A DNA stretch of 64,000 nt, taken from Naegleria gruberi. Taxonomy: Eukaryota. The translations under genes were made by a program, and so were the position numbers. Below the pieces are notes generated by a model, which was given only the letters and a program-made list of their open reading frames with translations, ran no database searches and was not told the DNA's origin. Numbering within the stretch: the stretch's first letter is position 1; the number at the start of each line of letters is the position of its first letter. Shown piece after piece: positions 58,885-64,000 of this stretch. The stretch lies in NCBI GenBank assembly GCA_000004985.1, contig GG738872.1. One strand, given 5' to 3'.

Positions 58885-60900
58885 TAATAAATAATTTGGA
58901 GTTTTCATAAAGGATGAAGATTTTGTACTTGAATTTTCTAAACTTCTATCTTGATAATAGGATGAAGATGGAGATGAATAATTTGACATGGCAGATGATG
59001 CATTTCTTCTAATTTCTTCAGCACGTAATATATTTGTTCTTGTATTATTAACTCTTCCTTTTAACTTTTTCTTTGTATGTTTATCTCTTAAATCTCTAAT
59101 TTTATCAGAGGTAGATGATTGATTTTCCAATGTAGCAGGCCATTGAAGTGGTTTAACAGATTCATAACTTCCTCTAAATGATTTACTCTTAATAGTTTCA
59201 AAACCATAGGCATTCATAAATTCATTTAAAGAAATATATCCTCTTCTTTTACCATGTAATGATTCAATCATTTGATCTAAATCAACATCAAGTATATATC
59301 TATCAAATTTCTTTAAAGTTTCTCTAAAAACACTTAATGGAACTCTATCTGTATCACCATATATTGGAAATGCACTTCTTAAATTTTCCAACTTGTTATT
59401 ATATGAAGTATTAACTTGATTAATTGAATGAACTAAATCATCATGTACACCATAGGGTGCTCTTTCTTTTTTAGGATCCATTATTCTTTCAATTTGTTGT
59501 TCATTTCTTTCTCTTCTTCTACGAATGGCTTCATGATTCATTGTACCACAATATCTTGATTCTCTTTGTGAAGTTGTTGTATTTGTTCCTAGTTGTTTTT
59601 CTAATTGTTCCATTGCTCTATTAAATTCACTATATCCAAAATAACCATCATTATTTGGATCTGCCATTCTAATAAATTCATCAATCTTTTTAACTTGTTC
59701 ATTTTGATATTGTTGAACTGCTAAGAAATTTGGTAAATCTGATGGTACTTCATCTAATAAATGAAAATCCTTAATAATTGCCTTTTTAAAATCATCACTT
59801 TTAACTTTACCACCTGTATATCCTGTTGCTTGTTTAATTCTCCTAAATGCTTCAGATAATGATGGTGAAAGTCCATGAATTTTATCTTTAACTACTTCTA
59901 ATACATCATTGGATTTAGAATAATCTAAATCTCTCAAATGTGTTGGTACATGCTTTTCATTCTCTTGTTTTGAATGACTATTATATCCATGTTTAGCATA
60001 ATATTGATTAATTAATTCTCTATTCGTTGGACTATTTCCATTTATAGAAGAATTAACTGATGAATATTGTTGTGAGGAACGATTGGAAAATAAACCATTA
60101 CCACCACCACTATGATTACTACTTAGACTTGAATTTACTTTAGGTGGAACAAATGTATTTTGATTAGAACTTGTAAAATTTGAATTATAAGTTGTAGTGT
60201 TGTGATGATTTTTAGGTGAATTATAATAGGAATGAAGTGATGATACTACACTATTTGCAGGTGATATTACTTGTTGTTGATTTGAACTTCTTCTACTTCC
60301 ACTTGCACTTGCTGCTCTCTTAATTGGTCTATCAAATGATGTTTGAGAGAAATCTCTCATCTTAGATGGACTTAGATCTAAATCTAATCGATTGTTTTTA
60401 ATCATTCCCATATCAGTTGAAGATCTAAAATTCATCATTTCATTTCTATCAAATCTATTATTATTATTGGTATTATTATTAGTATTATTATTATTGGATG
60501 TATTATTATATGAATTTGAATTATGATTACCTAGTGAAGAATTACTTCTATTGACAGGAGATGATGCTCTATTCATATGAATAGGAGAACTTGATCTTTG
60601 TATTGGTGATGATGCTCTATTTAAAACAGGACTGGTTGATCTTTGTAAGATTGGAGATGATGCTCTTAATTCATCAATTGATGGTGGAGGTAAAGGTGCA
60701 TCAATTTTAGAACGATTCATTCTAGATGAACCGCCTGATTGAGGTCTCTTCTTTTTAGAATCTTGAAACATTATTGGTGAAGCTGAACGATTTGGTTGCA
60801 TATTCAATCCACTATTATTTAATATTGGTTCATCAATAAGGCTATTATTATTGGATACTTTTAATTCCTTTCTAATAAAACTACTAGCACTTCTACTCAT
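58852..60900 (-). CDS. EF-hand domain protein with an S/N/P-rich N-terminal region (repeated SSP..R.SSP phospho-site-like motifs).
   Basis: It has canonical EF-hand loops (DPNNDGYFGYSEF, GKRRGYISLNEF). The 682-aa ORF is intact. Its 3' end overlaps the convergent WD40 gene by ~33 nt. Confidence 0.6.
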   Translation of the reverse strand: MSRSASSFIRKELKVSNNNSLIDEPILNNSGLNMQPNRSASPIMFQDSKKKRPQSGGSSRMNRSKIDAPLPPPSIDELRASSPILQRSTSPVLNRASSPIQRSSSPIHMNRASSPVNRSNSSLGNHNSNSYNNTSNNNNTNNNTNNNNRFDRNEMMNFRSSTDMGMIKNNRLDLDLSPSKMRDFSQTSFDRPIKRAASASGSRRSSNQQQVISPANSVVSSLHSYYNSPKNHHNTTTYNSNFTSSNQNTFVPPKVNSSLSSNHSGGGNGLFSNRSSQQYSSVNSSINGNSPTNRELINQYYAKHGYNSHSKQENEKHVPTHLRDLDYSKSNDVLEVVKDKIHGLSPSLSEAFRRIKQATGYTGGKVKSDDFKKAIIKDFHLLDEVPSDLPNFLAVQQYQNEQVKKIDEFIRMADPNNDGYFGYSEFNRAMEQLEKQLGTNTTTSQRESRYCGTMNHEAIRRRRERNEQQIERIMDPKKERAPYGVHDDLVHSINQVNTSYNNKLENLRSAFPIYGDTDRVPLSVFRETLKKFDRYILDVDLDQMIESLHGKRRGYISLNEFMNAYGFETIKSKSFRGSYESVKPLQWPATLENQSSTSDKIRDLRDKHTKKKLKGRVNNTRTNILRAEEIRRNASSAMSNYSSPSSSYYQDRSLENSSTKSSSFMKTPNYLLSHSQGGANKM

Positions 60901-61713
60901 TTTGTACAGTTATTATTATTCTAATTATTTATATATATGAAGGGTTGTTGTTTTTGTTGTTGATGATGTTTTTGTTTGAATATTACCACTAATTATTGAG
61001 GGAACAATTTTAAAAGGGGAAGATATTCTTGTTTATATAATTTTGCTACTACCACTACTACTACTCTTAGAAAAGATGAAGAAGATGACAATCCGTATTA
61101 AAACAATTCATAAAGTCTTTTGAGAGATTGGTGCTTATATCCCTTACTTTTAATTTTTTAATGATTGATTGAGAGGAAAGCCTTCTTTTCAACCGTTATA
61201 ATTTTCCACCTTGTAAATAATTCAAGTCTCGTGTCAATTAAGAGAGAGCAATTCAATTGCTTTTTTTTATAATAAAAAAATATTTACGATTCTTTGAAAC
61301 AAGCAACGCTTCATTAAGAGAGAGAACAAGCAAACGAACAGGCGAAGCCTTATCAAAGTGACTCTATTTGAAGTGCTGGCCAAATCAAGTTTAGAGGGAG
61401 ACAATTCCATATATCAATTCAAATATGTTTCTTAGAGAGAGAGAAAGTATAAACCTTGCATTCATTGACACAATACGAAGAATGTGGACAAGTCTAGATG
61501 TTGATTTATATAACATCTCTTTTGAATGATTCATAATATTCTGTAATTTTCAAAGCCATCTCTTACTGCTTTATCATTTTAGAGTTTGAGACTCTGAATC
61601 ATAATTAGTTAAATAATAATTTTAGTTTATTAGCCTTATTATTATAAGCTTGAACATGTAGAGTTTAGGTTGAGTTTAATGATTTTTTTTTCAAACACAA
61701 AAAAATTGGTAAA

Positions 61714-63144
61714 ATGCTCAACAACAAGAATGAATCCTCTTGTTCAACATCACAATCATCATCATCAAAATATGAATATTCAATACATCCATCATTATAT
61801 TTATTAAAAAACAAAATATCATATAATAATCATTTCTCACCTTCTATTTTATTATTTAATCATTCCGATCATTATTCCGATCATCAATTAAATCAATTAT
61901 CTATTCATAATAATATTATTAATATTAATAATAATACTAATCAATCCAATCAATCAGAATCTACTAATCAATTATCTATTCATAACAATAATAATAATCA
62001 ATTTAATAATCAATCTATTCACAATAATAATAATAATAATCAATTTAATAATAATAATAAATTAAATAAATATTATAAATTAAAAAATTATACCAATCAT
62101 TATGGAGGTATAATTAAAATAAATGAAGAATCTAATTTACTATGTATAGGTACAAGTGAAAGTAATTCTTTAATTATTTGTAAAATTCAAAATGATAATC
62201 AAAATGATCAAGAATTAAATTTTGAATTAAAATCTAAATTTTTAGAATATCATACAAGTGAAATTTTAGATTTTGAATTTTATAATCAATTTATATTTTC
62301 ATCTTCATTAGATTCAAATATATCTTTATATGATTTAAATATTTCTAAAAAAGTAAATAATATAAATTTAGAAAATCAAATAATTAATAATATAAAAATA
62401 GATAAAAATATTCCATTATTATATTTTTGTAGAGAAAAATCAATTTCAAGTTGGGATTTTAGATGTAAAAATTATAATACAATAATTTCATCAAATTCTA
62501 AAAATAATATTTTAAATTCTAATAATAGATTAGATTTATATAGAAATATAAAATTAAAAAATGATAATAATACAATTATATTAACTAGAAGTAATGGTAT
62601 TATTGAATTTAGAGATTTAAGATTTAATAAAAATGTTCATTATTTATTTGATAAATTTGAACATTTTATAAATATAAATCCAAATACAGAAAATTTAATT
62701 TCTATAAATGGAAATGGAAATATTTATGAAATTAAAGAAAATTATAATTCAAATAATATTAATGATTCTATTTATAATAATTATTATCATTTTAATTTAA
62801 TTGGAAATAATCAATTTTTTAATAGAAATATTGAATATTCTAAATATGGTAATTATATTATATGTGGTAATGATTTAGGAATGACATTTATATTTGAATG
62901 TTTTAAATATTCTAAAAATAAATTAATTGAACCATTAACAATTATAGAAAGAAATGAAAAATTACCAATTAAAAATACTTATTTTATAAATAATTCTAAA
63001 TTTGGTGAATATGATCATTTTATTACTAGTTTTAATGATACTATACATTTATATAAATATAATAATAATTTAAATAATATAAATGAAAATATAAATAATA
63101 ATTTAAATATAAAAAATAAATATCTAAATAATTTAATGATTTAA
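61714..63144 (+). CDS. N-rich protein with degenerate WD40-like beta-propeller repeats (476 aa).
   Basis: Repeat-like strands are SSLDSNISLYDL, SISSWDFR, IIEFRDLRF and TSFNDTIHLYKY. The N-terminal 120 aa are poly-N/Q. Function is unknown. Confidence 0.45.
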   Translation: MLNNKNESSCSTSQSSSSKYEYSIHPSLYLLKNKISYNNHFSPSILLFNHSDHYSDHQLNQLSIHNNIININNNTNQSNQSESTNQLSIHNNNNNQFNNQSIHNNNNNNQFNNNNKLNKYYKLKNYTNHYGGIIKINEESNLLCIGTSESNSLIICKIQNDNQNDQELNFELKSKFLEYHTSEILDFEFYNQFIFSSSLDSNISLYDLNISKKVNNINLENQIINNIKIDKNIPLLYFCREKSISSWDFRCKNYNTIISSNSKNNILNSNNRLDLYRNIKLKNDNNTIILTRSNGIIEFRDLRFNKNVHYLFDKFEHFININPNTENLISINGNGNIYEIKENYNSNNINDSIYNNYYHFNLIGNNQFFNRNIEYSKYGNYIICGNDLGMTFIFECFKYSKNKLIEPLTIIERNEKLPIKNTYFINNSKFGEYDHFITSFNDTIHLYKYNNNLNNINENINNNLNIKNKYLNNLMI

Positions 63145-64000
63145 TTGATTTGGCAGAATTTGTTGAAAATCATGAAATACAAGAATGGCAATTAAATACA
63201 GTTTCAAATGATAAATGTTCATATATGGATGGATATCAAGATCAAATTATTTATATTTGTTTAACTTGTTTAGAAAATATTAATTCAAATATTTATAATA
63301 ATAATTTAAATAATTTAAATAATAATAATAATAATATAATTATAAATAATATAAATGAAAATAAAATATATACAAATATAAATGGAAATGAATTAATATT
63401 ACATGGTATATGTGAATATTGTTCTAAACATTGTCATCATGGACATTCTATATATAATATTGGATTAAAAAGGAAATTTAAATGTGATTGTGGTAATTTT
63501 AAATTTAAAAATAATGATATAAATGGTAATAGTAATATATTAATAGATTGTGTAGGATGTAATATAATTAAATCTAATTTAAATGAAAGAAATGAATATA
63601 ATCATAATTATTGTAATGAATGGTGTTATTGTAATCAATCTGAAACAGGTAATATGTATCAATGTGATCATTGTTATGATTGGTTTCATGATCATTGTAT
63701 TTTTAATAATTTAAATACTACTATAAATGGAAATGATAATAATATAGGTGATTTGGCAAATAGATTGGGATTTTCATTTATATGTGAAAAATGTTGGAAT
63801 GATAATATTAAAGATATAAATTATACAATTGAAATTGATCAACAAGATTATTTTAATAATAATAATCAATTTAATATTATAATACAAAATATTTATAAAA
63901 ATAATGATGATAACATGATATTGACATCTTCATCATCTCTTAATAATAATATTGATAAACAAATAGTTCAATTAGATGAAGATGATGAAGATGATGATGA
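63132..64000 (+). CDS. UBR7: UBR7-like putative E3 ligase (UBR-box zinc finger + PHD finger), 3' partial at window end.
   Basis: It is absent from the ORF track because it runs off the window. Frame 0 is open from 63132 to 64000. KCSYMDGYQDQIIYICLTC...GICEYCSKHCHHGHSIY...RKFKCDCGNFKFKN matches the UBR7 UBR box (CSYSQGS...ALYACSTC...GICLACSYECHGSH...RNFRCDCGNSKFKN). It is followed by a PHD C4HC3 (CNEWCYCNQSETGNMYQCDHCYDWFHDHC). The first in-frame ATG is at ~63222. Confidence 0.7.

Noticed and set aside
1-64000. Prokaryotic defence or other operon-like system, CRISPR array, or prophage
   Set aside because: The sequence is eukaryotic. It has spliceosomal GT-AG introns, poly-N/Q proteins, and NSF, AP-3, PEX3, BEACH and eIF4A genes. 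There are no short direct repeat-spacer arrays, no co-directional tightly packed prokaryotic gene clusters, and no SD-type signals. The only prokaryote-like element is the single PF09820-type gene reported above.
1-64000. tRNA or rRNA genes
   Set aside because: I scanned by eye for conserved tRNA T-arm (GGTTCGAATCC-like) and rRNA signatures and found none. Short RNA genes cannot be excluded without a dedicated search such as tRNAscan or Infernal.

Overview
This window is eukaryotic nuclear DNA, not prokaryotic. It is AT-rich (about 63-68% AT in coding sequence, higher in spacers) and very gene-dense: about 28 protein-coding genes on both strands, separated by 6-800 bp. Long single-exon ORFs are interrupted by a few very short GT-AG introns (38-155 nt). 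Many proteins carry poly-N/Q/S/T low-complexity tracts, and codon usage is AAT/CAA/TTA/GGT/AGA/CCA-biased. Gene content and style fit a social-amoeba-like (Dictyostelia/Amoebozoa-type) genome. Defining genes include hybrid histidine kinase, LvsA-like BEACH protein, arrestin-domain protein, PEX3, AP-3 delta, NSF, eIF4A, RTEL1, P4-ATPase, GH31 alpha-glucosidase, UBR7 and CSC1/OSCA channel. The exact species cannot be determined from the sequence alone. The assembly is draft-grade: N-runs at 39641-39980, 41770-41819 and 45558-45607, plus a single n at 56465. I found no rRNA, tRNA, CRISPR, operon-like or phage-like structure and no clustered defence-type system. The most unusual locus is 40.99-46.19 kb. 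It is bounded by two direct copies of a ~92-bp repeat, one of them part of a MITE-like element with 17-bp terminal inverted repeats. It holds a decayed GAF-hybrid histidine-kinase pseudogene, two assembly gaps and a prokaryote-type AAA-ATPase_like/PD-(D/E)XK gene. Secondary observations include an EF1A-family paralog with a degenerate GTP-binding domain and several 5' micro-exons that plain ORF-calling misses (RTEL1, BEACH protein, multi-ASH-domain gene). There are also frame discontinuities that coincide with low-quality assembly sites, and several adjacent ORFs so closely spaced that they may be mis-split single genes. Intron coordinates I derived by eye are approximate (+/-1-2 nt) except where they tie to ORF-track endpoints.
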